Positions 18,979 through 29,239 of a DNA stretch of 64,000 bases are shown piece by piece. The notes under the pieces are model-generated. The model was not told the DNA's origin. It did no database searches and saw only the letters and a program-made list of their open reading frames with translations. Position 1 is the first letter of the stretch. Every line of letters begins with the position of its first letter. The DNA is taken from the NCBI GenBank assembly GCA_902632555.1, contig CACPCZ010000004.1, forward strand, positions 286-64,285, read 5' to 3'. Origin of the DNA: an uncultured SAR86 cluster bacterium. Its GTDB lineage: Bacteria; Pseudomonadota; Gammaproteobacteria; Magnimaribacterales; D2472. Both the position numbers and the translations under genes were made by a program.

Positions 18979-19000
18979 TAAATCAAATACTAAATCAAAT
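18979..19000. repeat. Tandem 10-bp direct repeat TAAATCAAAT-AC-TAAATCAAAT in a divergent intergenic region
   Basis: Read directly: 18979-18988 and 18991-19000 are identical, giving a 12-bp period. Confidence 0.6.
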
Positions 19001-19038
19001 TGATGTTAATTAAAACTTTAATTACTTATAATCTTGGT

Positions 19039-20355
19039 ATGAAATTCAAATTATTTTTTTTGGTTTTTCTGTTTTCTTTTAATGTAAAAGCTGATCTCAA
19101 AAACAGCTTAGATCAAGAAATAGATGACCTCATGCCTAAAGTTATTGAATGGAGGCATGATATCCACCAGTACCCCGAGCTTGGAAACAGAGAATTTAGG
19201 ACAGCAAAAAAAATCGAAGACCATTTAGTCAGTCTCGGAATAGAAGTAGAAACTAAGATTGCTTACACAGGTCTAGTAGGACTTATTAAAGGAGAAAAGT
19301 CAGGGCCAACAATTGCACTTAGAGCTGATATGGATGCTTTACCTGTTGAAGAAAAGACAGGATTGCCTTTTGCATCAAAAGTTAGAACAACATATCTTGG
19401 TAATGATGTTGGTGTTATGCATGCATGCGGTCATGATGCTCATGTCGCAATATTAATGGGTGTTGCTGAATTTTTAGCAAAGAATAAGGCACATTTAAAA
19501 GGAAATGTAATGCTTATTTTTCAACCCGCTGAAGAAGGTCCTCCTGAGGATGAGGGTGGCGGCGCAAAAATGATGTTAGAAGAAGGCATATTTGATAAGT
19601 ACAAACCTGAAGTAATTTTTGGTCTTCATGTCACAAATATTCCGAATGGTGTTCTGCTTGTTAAGTCTGGTCCAGCAATGGCAGCAGCTTCATCTTATAG
19701 AATTAAAATCAAGGGAGTGCAAGCTCATGGATCTACACCATGGTCAAGCATCGATCCAATAATGGCAACATCCCAGTTGATAGAATCTCTTAATACAATT
19801 GTTAGTAGAAGAATAAACATAATTAACAATCCAGCTGTAGTATCTGTCGGAATGGTTGAATCTGGAACAAGGGCAAATATTATTCCGGAGGATTCAATGT
19901 TAATGGGAACTATTAGAACTTTTGATCCTAAACTTAGAAAAGAGATTTATGATGAAATTGAACAAATAGCTGCTGGTGTCGCATTAGGAACAGGAACTGA
20001 CATTCAAGTTGAGTTTGATGTAGGTGGATTTTTTCCAGTTACATATAATGAGCCTGAGCTTGTAGAAGCAATGAAGGGTTCCTTGGAGTCAGCATCACCA
20101 GGGAGGTTTATTCAATCTGATATTCCTATTACTGGAGCAGAAGACTTTTCTTATTTTCAAGAGGAAATTCCAGGAATGTATTTTTTTCTTGGTGTGAATA
20201 AGCCTGGTGAGGGATTAAATGCAAAAACCTTTGGAGATAGCGCTTCTGGAGTTCCTGGAAATCATTCACCATACTTTGTTGTTGACGATTCAGCATTAGA
20301 TAAAGGTGTCAGAGCTTTTGTGCATTTGGTTGATGATTACCCAAATAAATTTTAA
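19039..20355 (+). CDS. M20 family amidohydrolase (N-acyl-L-amino acid amidohydrolase / hippurate hydrolase type)
   Basis: Signal peptide at MKFKLFF...; the longest ORF starts at 19000. Motifs RADMDALP, MHACGHDAH and QPAEEG. Confidence 0.8.
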   Translation: MKFKLFFLVFLFSFNVKADLKNSLDQEIDDLMPKVIEWRHDIHQYPELGNREFRTAKKIEDHLVSLGIEVETKIAYTGLVGLIKGEKSGPTIALRADMDALPVEEKTGLPFASKVRTTYLGNDVGVMHACGHDAHVAILMGVAEFLAKNKAHLKGNVMLIFQPAEEGPPEDEGGGAKMMLEEGIFDKYKPEVIFGLHVTNIPNGVLLVKSGPAMAAASSYRIKIKGVQAHGSTPWSSIDPIMATSQLIESLNTIVSRRINIINNPAVVSVGMVESGTRANIIPEDSMLMGTIRTFDPKLRKEIYDEIEQIAAGVALGTGTDIQVEFDVGGFFPVTYNEPELVEAMKGSLESASPGRFIQSDIPITGAEDFSYFQEEIPGMYFFLGVNKPGEGLNAKTFGDSASGVPGNHSPYFVVDDSALDKGVRAFVHLVDDYPNKF

Positions 20356-20381
20356 GAATTAATTAATATAAGGAGAATAAA

Positions 20382-21356
20382 GTGGCAATACCGCAACACA
20401 TAAAAGAAAATATCTCTATGCCAGTAATAGGAGCACCTTTGTTTCTTATCTCTGGTCCAGATTTAGTAATAGCACAATGCAAAGCAGGCATTATTGGTTC
20501 TTTTCCTGCATTAAACGCAAGGCCTCAACACGTGCTGGAGGAATGGATAATAAGAATTAAGACGGAGCTGGCAGAATATCAAGAAAAAAATCCAGATGCC
20601 AAGGTAGCACCTTTCGCTGTAAATCAAATTTGTCATGGATCAAACGATAGATTAATGGATGATATGGAAACATGTGTAAAGCATGAAGTACCAATTATCA
20701 TTACATCTTTAAGACCGCCAGCAGAGGTCGTTGAAGCTGCGCATAGCTATGGTGGGTTAGTTTTTCATGATGTTATAAGCGTAAGACACGCAAAAAAAGC
20801 TGCTGAGCAGGGCGTTGACGGATTAATATTGGTATGTGCTGGCGCTGGTGGCCATGCAGGAGCATTATCACCATTTGCTCTGCTTAGAGAAGTAAAAGAA
20901 TGGTTTAATGGAACAGTAATATTATCAGGCTCGATCGGAGATGGTTATTCTGTGGCATCATCCTTGGCGCTGGGGGCTGATTTTGCATATATGGGAACCA
21001 GATTTATTGCTACTGAGGAGGCTAATGCTGATCAAGAATATAAAAAGATGTTAGAAGAGAGCGCAGCTTCTGATATAGTTTATTCCTCTTTATTTACAGG
21101 TGTTCTGGGTAACTATCTAAAACCATCAATATCAAATGCTGGATTAGATCCTGACAATCTTCCTGATGCTGATAAGTCCGCTATGAATTTTGGTTCAGGC
21201 GGAAACACAGATTCAAAAGCTTGGAAGGATATATGGGGTTCAGGTCAAGGAATAGGCAGAATAGTTGATTCTCCAAACGTATCGGAATTAGTAGGTAGGC
21301 TAAAAGAAGAATATCTAGAGTCAATAAAAGAACTGCAAAATAAAGCAAATCTATAG
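20382..21356 (+). CDS. Nitronate monooxygenase (2-nitropropane dioxygenase, NPD) family protein
   Basis: GTG start preceded by AAGGAG. TIM-barrel FMN motifs (GAGGHAG, GADFAYMGTRF). Confidence 0.8.
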   Translation: MAIPQHIKENISMPVIGAPLFLISGPDLVIAQCKAGIIGSFPALNARPQHVLEEWIIRIKTELAEYQEKNPDAKVAPFAVNQICHGSNDRLMDDMETCVKHEVPIIITSLRPPAEVVEAAHSYGGLVFHDVISVRHAKKAAEQGVDGLILVCAGAGGHAGALSPFALLREVKEWFNGTVILSGSIGDGYSVASSLALGADFAYMGTRFIATEEANADQEYKKMLEESAASDIVYSSLFTGVLGNYLKPSISNAGLDPDNLPDADKSAMNFGSGGNTDSKAWKDIWGSGQGIGRIVDSPNVSELVGRLKEEYLESIKELQNKANL

Positions 21357-21364
21357 ATTTTTTT
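21347..21364 (+). terminator. Weak candidate terminator or palindrome at the NPD stop
   Basis: AAATCTATAGATTT is a perfect 14-nt palindrome containing the TAG stop, followed by TTTT. It is AU-only, so stability is low. Confidence 0.25.
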
Positions 21365-21389
21365 ACTACTTAACTATATTATTCTCACA

Positions 21390-21587
21390 TTGTTAACTAT
21401 TTTTATTGTGGGGATGAATAGTTTAATTTTATTATCAGTAGTTGTTACATCTGTTTGCTCAGTTACTTTCCTGTTGTTTGCTTCTGGCAAGGGTTTGGAA
21501 GGAACGAAAGGCATAACAGACGAATACATAACAGAGAGTGGTTTAAAGAAGACAGCAAGAAAAGATCGTACAGATTATTTAGTCTAA
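21390..21587 (+). CDS. Hypothetical small membrane protein
   Basis: One hydrophobic helix plus a charged tail. Alternative ATG at 21414. No family recognised and it may be spurious. Confidence 0.3.
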   Translation: MLTIFIVGMNSLILLSVVVTSVCSVTFLLFASGKGLEGTKGITDEYITESGLKKTARKDRTDYLV

Positions 21588-21590
21588 TTT

Positions 21591-21776
21591 ATGCCCAAAA
21601 AAAATTTTAGAAAGCTTTTTCTTTCAGGCTGGAATAGGCTATTTGGCAAAGAAGAAGACATTAATAAATTAAGAACCCAAAGCTTCTATAGAGCAAAAAA
21701 AGGCATAATGAATGTTGGTACTCCTCATGACTGGGAAGACTACGACAAATATAAGAAATCTGAAAAAAATGAGTAA
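21591..21776 (+). CDS. Hypothetical small basic protein
   Basis: 61-aa Lys/Arg-rich ORF that overlaps the next gene by 8 nt. No family recognised. Confidence 0.3.
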   Translation: MPKKNFRKLFLSGWNRLFGKEEDINKLRTQSFYRAKKGIMNVGTPHDWEDYDKYKKSEKNE

Positions 21777-22659
21777 TGTGAAAGTAGGATTTATTGGTTT
21801 AGGTGTAATGGGTTTTGAGATGGCAGGACATCTTCAAGCGAGTAGATATGAACTAACTGTCTTCAATAGATCTGAGAAAAATAGAACTAACTGGAAAAAT
21901 AAATTCAAAGGAAGGGTATCAAGCTCTTTACAAGAAATAGCAGAATTTTCCGATGTAATAATACTTTGTATTAGCAAGGATGAGGATGTTGAAGAAGTAA
22001 TAAATGGAAATGATGGCATGCTTAAAAATCTTAAAGAAGGAACAATTATCATTGATCACAGTACTACTTCCTCAGAGCTACCAATTAAAATGAATAAGCT
22101 TTTAAATCCTTTAAATATTAAATTTATAGATGCACCAATATCTGGTGGCCAGGCCGGAGCTGAATCAGGACAACTATCAGTTATGGCAGGAGGCGATAAG
22201 CAGTCTTTCGATAAGGTAAAAGAAATAATTAATGTTTACTCAAAATTTACAAAATATATGGGTAAAAGCGGTAGCGGACAATTGACAAAAATGGTCAATC
22301 AGATTTGCATAGCTGGCCTTATTCAAGCTTTGTCTGAAGGAATCAATTTTTCAGAAAATGTTGGATTGAATAGCAGAGATGTTCTTGAAGTTATTTCAAA
22401 GGGAGCAGCTCAGTCATGGCAAATGGAAAATAGATGGGAGTCAATGTTACGAGATGAATATGACCATGGCTTTGCAGTAGATCTTATGAAAAAAGATTTA
22501 GCAATAGTCATCAAAAGGGCTGAAAAATCTGGAATTAATATAGATATTACAAAAATTATCGACGGCTTTTACACTGAAATACAAGATGCTAATGGCGGTA
22601 GATGGGATACATCAAGCCTATTAAGAAGAATTCAAAAATTGACTAAAAAATCAGTCTAG
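21769..22659 (+). CDS. 3-hydroxyisobutyrate dehydrogenase-type NAD(P)-dependent oxidoreductase
   Basis: The start MSNVKVGFIGLGVMG carries the Rossmann motif; the longest ORF starts at 21712. DAPISGG and a later K in GSGQLTKMVNQ fit the HIBADH family. Confidence 0.8.
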   Translation: MSNVKVGFIGLGVMGFEMAGHLQASRYELTVFNRSEKNRTNWKNKFKGRVSSSLQEIAEFSDVIILCISKDEDVEEVINGNDGMLKNLKEGTIIIDHSTTSSELPIKMNKLLNPLNIKFIDAPISGGQAGAESGQLSVMAGGDKQSFDKVKEIINVYSKFTKYMGKSGSGQLTKMVNQICIAGLIQALSEGINFSENVGLNSRDVLEVISKGAAQSWQMENRWESMLRDEYDHGFAVDLMKKDLAIVIKRAEKSGINIDITKIIDGFYTEIQDANGGRWDTSSLLRRIQKLTKKSV

Positions 22660-23011
22660 AAAAATACACAAAGACTCCAAAAGCAATCAAAATCCAACCT
22701 GTCATTGATTCTGTTGAACCAGGATCAACATTCATTGATTGATCATATATTTCATAAAAGCTATCTGGAGAAGCAACCAACCAAACTACACCGAAAATAT
22801 GGAATATCATTATTAAGCCTACCATCCAGTTTAGAGGCTGACTTGTAAAAACAATAAAGGAAGCAATCACAATAAAAACAAGCTCAATGGCTAGAACTTT
22901 GTTGATATTCTTTTTTTGATAGAGATATCTTAGAAAACCTATGTCGTTAACATAAGAATATATAAAAAGAAAACCATACATCATATAAAGCGAAGATAGA
23001 AAAATTATCAT
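22643..23011 (-). CDS. Hypothetical membrane protein
   Basis: 4 predicted TM helices. Start chosen at MIIFLSS immediately after the upstream stop; the longest ORF extends to 23098. Confidence 0.45.
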   Translation of the reverse strand: MIIFLSSLYMMYGFLFIYSYVNDIGFLRYLYQKKNINKVLAIELVFIVIASFIVFTSQPLNWMVGLIMIFHIFGVVWLVASPDSFYEIYDQSMNVDPGSTESMTGWILIAFGVFVYFSRLIF

Positions 23012-23012
23012 A

Positions 23013-23441
23013 TTAAAGATCACCTTCCTTTCGAACTTCACTTCTTTCAATTTCAAACTTTTCACCATAACGGGCAGCAAGCTTTTCTTGATTTTCACTT
23101 ATAACTTCATAGGGATCCAAATTCAGAGCAGCACAGGCAGTTACCCAATACCAAATAATATCTCCAAGCTCTCTTTTCATATGAAAGATGTTATCTTCAT
23201 TAGGCGGCTTGCCCTGTAAAAACATTTTTTTGACAATTTCAACAAATTCCCCAGTTTCACTTCCCAAGCCAAGGGCTGCAGTAAGTAAACGGGGCGTTTT
23301 AATCGATGAGCTTCTTTCAATATCATCAAAACTGTTCTTCAGTGCATCTAAGTCAATGCTCGGATCACTCGTTACCTTTGTTACAAAATCTGTATACGTT
23401 GAAAAGAATTCTTTTATTTCTTTACTCATTTCCTCTCCCAA
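23013..23441 (-). CDS. MazG-like nucleotide pyrophosphohydrolase domain protein
   Basis: All-alpha 142 aa. ETGEFVE and ELGDIIWYW motifs match the EExxE/D metal-binding helices of the MazG family. Confidence 0.65.
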   Translation of the reverse strand: MGEEMSKEIKEFFSTYTDFVTKVTSDPSIDLDALKNSFDDIERSSSIKTPRLLTAALGLGSETGEFVEIVKKMFLQGKPPNEDNIFHMKRELGDIIWYWVTACAALNLDPYEVISENQEKLAARYGEKFEIERSEVRKEGDL

Positions 23442-23521
23442 AAATAATTATTAATTCTAACACCTCATAATAGAACTTAAAAAATGAAATATCTTTTCTG
23501 CAAAGCAGATTTTAAGGAAGT

Positions 23522-24367
23522 CTAATGATCGCTTTTTAAAGATCTTTGGCTGTCAGCAATATTATAAAGATGGTCTTGTGCTTCTGGCTTTAGTTGCGCA
23601 ACACCCATCGTCAAAACATCAATCACAGCTGTATAGGCAATTCTAGATGTAACAGGTTTTGACAGTCTATTATTAATCCCAACATTAATTGCTAAAGGTA
23701 GATCACAAATATTTGCTAATGGTGTATCTCCAGGCATTATTCCGATAACCTTGACTCCATTTTTTCTTACAATCTTTACACTCTCAATGAGGGCAGTAGT
23801 TGTACCAGATTGTGATATAGCGACAACCACATCATCTTTACCTAAAGAGTTCGCAGACATAAATTGAAGATGAGGATCAGAGATATTAGAAGAAGGAATT
23901 TTTAATCTGAAGAATTTGTGTTGTCCATCCATAGCAACTGGGGCTGAGCCACCAAACGCATAAAACTCTACTCTTTTAGCATTAACCAAGGCTTCTATTG
24001 CGCTTTCAAGTATATCCTGATCAATCTGCGACCTTACATTTAAGATCTCACTAATACTTGTATCAAAAACCTTTTCACAAAGCTCATGAATGGAATCATC
24101 TTCATCAATCTCATACATAACAAAATAATCATCAGCAGCTAATTGCTGTGACAAATTAATTTTTAAATCTTGGAATCCTGAAAAACCAATAGCTTTGCAA
24201 AACCTAATTAAAGTTGGTTCACTGATGCCCATTGCAGAGGATGCTTCAGCAGTTTTCATAGTAATTATTGATTTTGGATCTTCTAAAATGAATTCTCCTA
24301 CTGTTCTTTCTGATTTTCTTAAATCAGGCAAGGAATTCTTAATTTGTCTCAATAATTTTGTCGACAT
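23522..24367 (-). CDS. MurR/RpiR family transcriptional regulator (HTH + SIS domain)
   Basis: N-terminal HTH (SAMGISEPTLIRFCKAIGFSGFQDLK) and a C-terminal SIS domain (AISQSGTT). Confidence 0.8.
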   Translation of the reverse strand: MSTKLLRQIKNSLPDLRKSERTVGEFILEDPKSIITMKTAEASSAMGISEPTLIRFCKAIGFSGFQDLKINLSQQLAADDYFVMYEIDEDDSIHELCEKVFDTSISEILNVRSQIDQDILESAIEALVNAKRVEFYAFGGSAPVAMDGQHKFFRLKIPSSNISDPHLQFMSANSLGKDDVVVAISQSGTTTALIESVKIVRKNGVKVIGIMPGDTPLANICDLPLAINVGINNRLSKPVTSRIAYTAVIDVLTMGVAQLKPEAQDHLYNIADSQRSLKSDH

Positions 24368-24370
24368 AAG

Positions 24371-24385
24371 GTTAGAATATCTAAC
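24371..24385. promoter_or_regulatory. 6-3-6 inverted repeat GTTAGA-ATA-TCTAAC, candidate operator
   Basis: Read directly. It lies 4 nt upstream of the RpiR-family start codon, in the 42-nt divergent spacer shared with uvrD. Confidence 0.25.
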
Positions 24386-24409
24386 TTAAACAAAAAAATG
24401 AATCCCTAA

Positions 24410-26587
24410 ATGGACGTATCGCATATTTTAGACAATCTTAATGATGAACAAAGAAAGGCAGTTACTTCTGAAAAACAACATTTATTGGTTTTAGCTGGAG
24501 CAGGTTCAGGTAAAACTAGAGTTTTAGTCCACAAGATTGCTTGGGAGGTTGAGGCTCTTGGAAGAAACTCATCATCAATTATGGCTGTAACCTTTACAAA
24601 CAAAGCAGCAAATGAAATGCGATCTAGAATTGAATCGTTGCTTCAGGCTCCAATTTTTGATTCATGGGTTGGAACATTCCATGGTTTATCGCACAAGCTT
24701 CTTAAAAGGTTCCATAAAGAAGCAGAGCTATCAAGTAACTTTACAATCCTTGATTCAGATGACCAATTAAGAATCATCAAAAGAATTTCTAAAGAGCTTA
24801 GTCTCGATGAAGCAACATGGCCTGCCAGACAAAGCCAGTGGCAGATAAATGCTTGGAAAGATGATGGAATAAGAAATAAAGATGTAGATGAAAAAGGAGA
24901 TTTTTATACTGAAACAATAAATAAAATTTATAAAGAATATGAGGATGTTTGCAAGAGAGATGATCTTGTTGATTTTGGTGAACTGCTTTTAAGATCATAC
25001 GAAGTATTAGCTAACTCAAAATCTGTAAAAACTTTTTTCCAAACAAGGTTTCAATCAGTTTTAATTGACGAGTTTCAAGATACTAATACGATTCAATATA
25101 AATGGTTACAAGAAATTACTTCCTCAAAAAATACAAATGTTACTGCTGTAGGTGATGATGACCAATCTATTTATGGATGGAGAGGAGCTAAAGTTGAGCA
25201 TGTTAACTCTTTTTCAGATGACTTTAAGGGGACAGAAATAATAAGACTAGAGCAAAATTACAGATCTACAAATATTATCTTGAATGCTGCAAATGCTCTT
25301 ATAGATAATAATAAAGACAGGCTTGGAAAAAATCTTTGGACTGATAAAAGTGAAGGTGAACAAATAATCTTGTATCAAGCATTTAATGAACAAGATGAAG
25401 CTCGTTTTGTAGCAGATATTTTAAAAGATTGGATGAATAAAGGGGGTGCCTATGCTGAGACAGCAGTACTTTACAGATCAAATGCCCAATCAAGAGCAAT
25501 TGAAGAAGCGCTCTTAAGAGTAAGCATTCCATATAGAATCTATGGCGGACTTCGTTTTTATGAGAGGTTGGAAATCAAAAACGCTATAGCGTACTTAAGA
25601 ATAATCTTTAATAATAATGATAACCCTTCTTTTGAGAGATCAATATCAAATCCAACAAGAGGTGTTGGAGAAAAAACTTTAGCAAAAATTAGACAAGCTG
25701 CTAAAAGATTTAACATATCTTATATAAAAGCCTCTGCAAAATTAATTGATGAAGGTTCAATTTCTGGGAGGGGTGGTTCTGGATTAAGAGATTATCTTGA
25801 ATTTGTTGCGGGTTGTAAAAGCTTTATTGAAGAAAATACCTTGTCTGATTTAATGGAGCTTATCATCAAAGAAACCGGTCTATATGCTTATCATGCAAAA
25901 GAAGCTGGGGAGAAAGGTAAAACTCGAACTGAAAATTTAGAAGAACTTATTTCAGCAACGAAGAATTTTGAACAAAGCATAAGAGAGGATAAAACAAATA
26001 TTGAAATTGCTGAAAGTTATCTCGATATAATTTCTTTGGACTCAGGAGATAGACAAGCTGATGAGCATGACGATGCAGCTCAGCTTATGACTATGCATTC
26101 AGCCAAAGGCCTAGAGTTTAAACTGGTTCTGTTAACTGGTTTGGAAGAAAGTCTTTTTCCTCATGGAAGATCTATGGAGAGTGCCTCTCAATTGGAAGAA
26201 GAAAGAAGGCTTTGTTACGTTGCGATCACCAGAGCTATGGAAAAGTTATACATAACTCATGCCGAATCAAGAAGACTTCACGGAACAGATACTTTTAATC
26301 CACCTTCAAGATTTTTAAGAGAGATTCCTAAAGATCTTATTGATGAAATAAGACCTAGAGCACAAACCAATATTCCTTATAATAGAAAAGACTTTAATGA
26401 AACAAAGATAGAGTTTGAGGAGGAAATAGGTATTGCACTCGGTCAAAAAGTAATTCATAAAAAATTTGGCGAGGGGATTGTATTAAATTACGAGGGATCA
26501 GGAGAATCAGCTAGAGTTCAAGTAAATTTTAGTGATTCAGGTACAAAATGGTTGGTAATGGCTTATGCAAATTTAGAAAAAATATGA
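24410..26587 (+). CDS. uvrD: DNA helicase II
   Basis: 725 aa with SF1 helicase motifs (AGAGSGKT, VDEFQDTN, LEQNYRS, MTMHSAKGLEF, VAITRA). Confidence 0.9.
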   Translation: MDVSHILDNLNDEQRKAVTSEKQHLLVLAGAGSGKTRVLVHKIAWEVEALGRNSSSIMAVTFTNKAANEMRSRIESLLQAPIFDSWVGTFHGLSHKLLKRFHKEAELSSNFTILDSDDQLRIIKRISKELSLDEATWPARQSQWQINAWKDDGIRNKDVDEKGDFYTETINKIYKEYEDVCKRDDLVDFGELLLRSYEVLANSKSVKTFFQTRFQSVLIDEFQDTNTIQYKWLQEITSSKNTNVTAVGDDDQSIYGWRGAKVEHVNSFSDDFKGTEIIRLEQNYRSTNIILNAANALIDNNKDRLGKNLWTDKSEGEQIILYQAFNEQDEARFVADILKDWMNKGGAYAETAVLYRSNAQSRAIEEALLRVSIPYRIYGGLRFYERLEIKNAIAYLRIIFNNNDNPSFERSISNPTRGVGEKTLAKIRQAAKRFNISYIKASAKLIDEGSISGRGGSGLRDYLEFVAGCKSFIEENTLSDLMELIIKETGLYAYHAKEAGEKGKTRTENLEELISATKNFEQSIREDKTNIEIAESYLDIISLDSGDRQADEHDDAAQLMTMHSAKGLEFKLVLLTGLEESLFPHGRSMESASQLEEERRLCYVAITRAMEKLYITHAESRRLHGTDTFNPPSRFLREIPKDLIDEIRPRAQTNIPYNRKDFNETKIEFEEEIGIALGQKVIHKKFGEGIVLNYEGSGESARVQVNFSDSGTKWLVMAYANLEKI

Positions 26588-27672
26588 TGAAAATTTTTAC
26601 TTATACATTTTTAACTTTAATTTTAGTAAGTTGTTCAAATGCACAAGATATATCCTCTAATGATGATGAAAAAGTATATAAAGAATACAATTGGAGACTG
26701 GTTACATCTTGGCCAAAAAATTATCCCGGCCTAGGGATGGCTCCTGAAAGAATAGCTGATCTTGTTGAAGAAATGAGCAACGGCCAGATGAAAATAACAG
26801 TTTTCGGTGCTGAAGAACAAGTTCCTGCATTTGGAGTTTTTGATGCCGTATCAAACGGCTCACATCAAATGGGACATAGCGGTGGTTATTTTTGGAAAGG
26901 TAAAGTCCCAGCAGCACAGTTTTTTACAAGTGTGCCTTTTGGACTTACTGCTGATGAAATAAATGCATGGGTTAATAGAGGTGGAGGGTTAGAACTTTGG
27001 AGAGAAATATATGCTCCATTTAATATCTATCCTATTCCAGCTGGAAATACTGGAACACAAATGTTTGGCTGGTTTAATAAAGAAATTAATTCATTGGAAG
27101 ATATTAAAGGTCTTAAAATGAGAATTCCTGGTATCGGCGGAGAAGTATTAAAAGAAGCTGGTGGAATTCCGGTTACACTTCCCGGTGGAGAACTATTCAC
27201 TGCTCTTCAGACAGGAGTAATAGATGCAACAGAGTGGGTTGGTCCATACAATGACCTTACTTTTGGTTTCCATCAGGCTGCAAAATATTACTATTATCCA
27301 GGCTGGCATGAGCCTGGACCTATGCTTGAATTACTAATTAATAAAGATGCATGGGAATCACTACCAAAACATCTCCAAGTTATTATTGAAACTGCATCAA
27401 AAGCCGTGAATCAGGATATGCTTGACGAATACTTAGCAAAAAATAATCAGGCACTAACAGAGTTGGTTAATGTTCATGGTGTTGAATTAAGAAAGCTACC
27501 AGATGATGTAATTGAAGAGTTTAGGAAAATCTCAAATAAAATTTTAAATGATCTATCTGAGGAAGATGAAACAATTGCAAAAGTTTATAGTTCTTATTTA
27601 AAGTTTAAAAAAGATGTATCCGCATATCATAAAATTTCTGAAGATGCGTTTATAGAAGCTAGAAATAAATAG
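26584..27672 (+). CDS. TRAP transporter substrate-binding protein (DctP family), lipoprotein
   Basis: The start overlaps the uvrD stop (ATGA). Lipobox LILVSC. DctP-type fold pattern; the longest ORF starts at 26548. Confidence 0.8.
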   Translation: MMKIFTYTFLTLILVSCSNAQDISSNDDEKVYKEYNWRLVTSWPKNYPGLGMAPERIADLVEEMSNGQMKITVFGAEEQVPAFGVFDAVSNGSHQMGHSGGYFWKGKVPAAQFFTSVPFGLTADEINAWVNRGGGLELWREIYAPFNIYPIPAGNTGTQMFGWFNKEINSLEDIKGLKMRIPGIGGEVLKEAGGIPVTLPGGELFTALQTGVIDATEWVGPYNDLTFGFHQAAKYYYYPGWHEPGPMLELLINKDAWESLPKHLQVIIETASKAVNQDMLDEYLAKNNQALTELVNVHGVELRKLPDDVIEEFRKISNKILNDLSEEDETIAKVYSSYLKFKKDVSAYHKISEDAFIEARNK

Positions 27673-28274
27673 TGCTTGAAGACTTAACCTTTAAATCTCT
27701 TGGAAATGTAAACTATCATGAAGCATATGCTTTGATGAAGTCTCATCTTGAACAAGAAAAGTTTAGTAACGAAATATGGCTTCTTGAGCATCCACCAGTT
27801 TTCACACTTGGAACAGCAGCAGACAAAAAGCATTTATTAAATCCGAAAGACATTCCTGTTGTTCAGTCAGATAGAGGAGGAGAGGTTACTTATCACGGAC
27901 CAGGACAGTTAATAATATATTTTATGCTTGATATAAAAAAACTAAATTTTGGCCCTAAAAAATTAGTTTCCACAATTCAAGGATTTGTTAAAGACTTGCT
28001 TCATGGGTTTTCAATAGAATGTAATTTTGTAGAAGGCGCACCCGGAGTCTATGTTGATAATAAGAAGATTGCATCAATTGGATTAAGAATCTCTAAAGGT
28101 AAATCGTATCACGGTATTAGTATTAATTTTGATATGGATCTAAAGCCATTTCGGCAGATAAATCCATGTGGTTACAAAGACTTAGAAGTTACACAAATTA
28201 AAGATTTAAATAGACATATTTCTCAACTACAATTAGAGAAATCTTCGATTGATTTACTTAAAAATATATTTTAG
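27672..28274 (+). CDS. lipB: Lipoyl(octanoyl) transferase
   Basis: GTG start. Motifs [21 protein letters not shown] and PCG. Confidence 0.9.
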   Translation: MLEDLTFKSLGNVNYHEAYALMKSHLEQEKFSNEIWLLEHPPVFTLGTAADKKHLLNPKDIPVVQSDRGGEVTYHGPGQLIIYFMLDIKKLNFGPKKLVSTIQGFVKDLLHGFSIECNFVEGAPGVYVDNKKIASIGLRISKGKSYHGISINFDMDLKPFRQINPCGYKDLEVTQIKDLNRHISQLQLEKSSIDLLKNIF

Positions 28275-28276
28275 AA

Positions 28277-29239
28277 ATGGAAATTATAGCTACAACAAAA
28301 ATTACCAACAGAGATGGTATAAAGGCTATAAAAAATGGTCAAAAACTAAATAAATACGCTGAAATACCAACACCTAAAAAACCAAGCTGGTTAAAAGTAA
28401 AGGCTGAATTTAATCCAAATTTTCACAAAGTAAAAGAACAAGTAAAAAGCAAACAACTTTATACAGTTTGCGAAGAAGCTCATTGCCCAAACATTAATGA
28501 ATGTTGGTCAGCTGGCACTGCAACTTTCATGTTGATGGGATCCGTTTGCACAAGAGCATGTAAGTTTTGCTCTGTTGACACAGGTAATCCAAATGGGTGG
28601 CTTGATAAAGACGAGCCAATGAATACTGCAAAGGCAGTAGAAATCATGAAGTTAAAATATGTTGTTTTGACCTCTGTAAATAGAGATGATCTTCCAGATG
28701 GTGGCGCTCAGCATTTTGCAAATACTGTAAAGCTTATTAAAGAATTTAATCCTAATACCGCTGTTGAAGCGCTTACCCCTGATTTTAAGGGGCTTTCATC
28801 ATCTATTGAGACCTTAGTTAATTGTGGATTAGAAGTTTTTGCTCAAAATATAGAAACTGTAGAAAGACTTACTCATCAAGTAAGAGATATAAGAGCAGGC
28901 TATCAACAAACATTAGACGTCCTCGCTGAATCAAAACGAATTAATCCAAAGGTTCTCACTAAAACGAGCATTATTTTAGGATTAGGAGAGACAGACTCAG
29001 AAATAGAACAAACATTGAATGATCTAGCAAAAAACAATGTCGATATTGTTACTATTGGACAGTATTTAAGACCAACAAGGAATCACCATCCTATTGAAAG
29101 ATGGGTTACGCCAGAGGAATTTGAGAGATATAGACAAATAGGCCTTAATAAAGGCTTTCTTGAAGTTGTTTCAGGCCCAATGGTTCGATCCAGTTACAGG
29201 GCTGAGAGAGCTCTTGAAAAAAATAACGCTGGTTTATAA
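28277..29239 (+). CDS. lipA: Lipoyl synthase
   Basis: N-terminal cluster [12 protein letters not shown] and radical-SAM CTRACKFC. Confidence 0.95.
   Translation: MEIIATTKITNRDGIKAIKNGQKLNKYAEIPTPKKPSWLKVKAEFNPNFHKVKEQVKSKQLYTVCEEAHCPNINECWSAGTATFMLMGSVCTRACKFCSVDTGNPNGWLDKDEPMNTAKAVEIMKLKYVVLTSVNRDDLPDGGAQHFANTVKLIKEFNPNTAVEALTPDFKGLSSSIETLVNCGLEVFAQNIETVERLTHQVRDIRAGYQQTLDVLAESKRINPKVLTKTSIILGLGETDSEIEQTLNDLAKNNVDIVTIGQYLRPTRNHHPIERWVTPEEFERYRQIGLNKGFLEVVSGPMVRSSYRAERALEKNNAGL

Noticed and set aside
21357-21768. Possible structured ncRNA (tmRNA, RNase P RNA or 6S RNA) in the largest stretch without an assigned function.
   Set aside because: I found no tmRNA 5' GGGG...acceptor/tag-reading-frame features, no RNase P conserved GGAAAGTCCGG-type blocks, and no G+C-rich helices. 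The stretch is AT-rich with two open frames. This is an eye-scan only, and a covariance-model search would be decisive.
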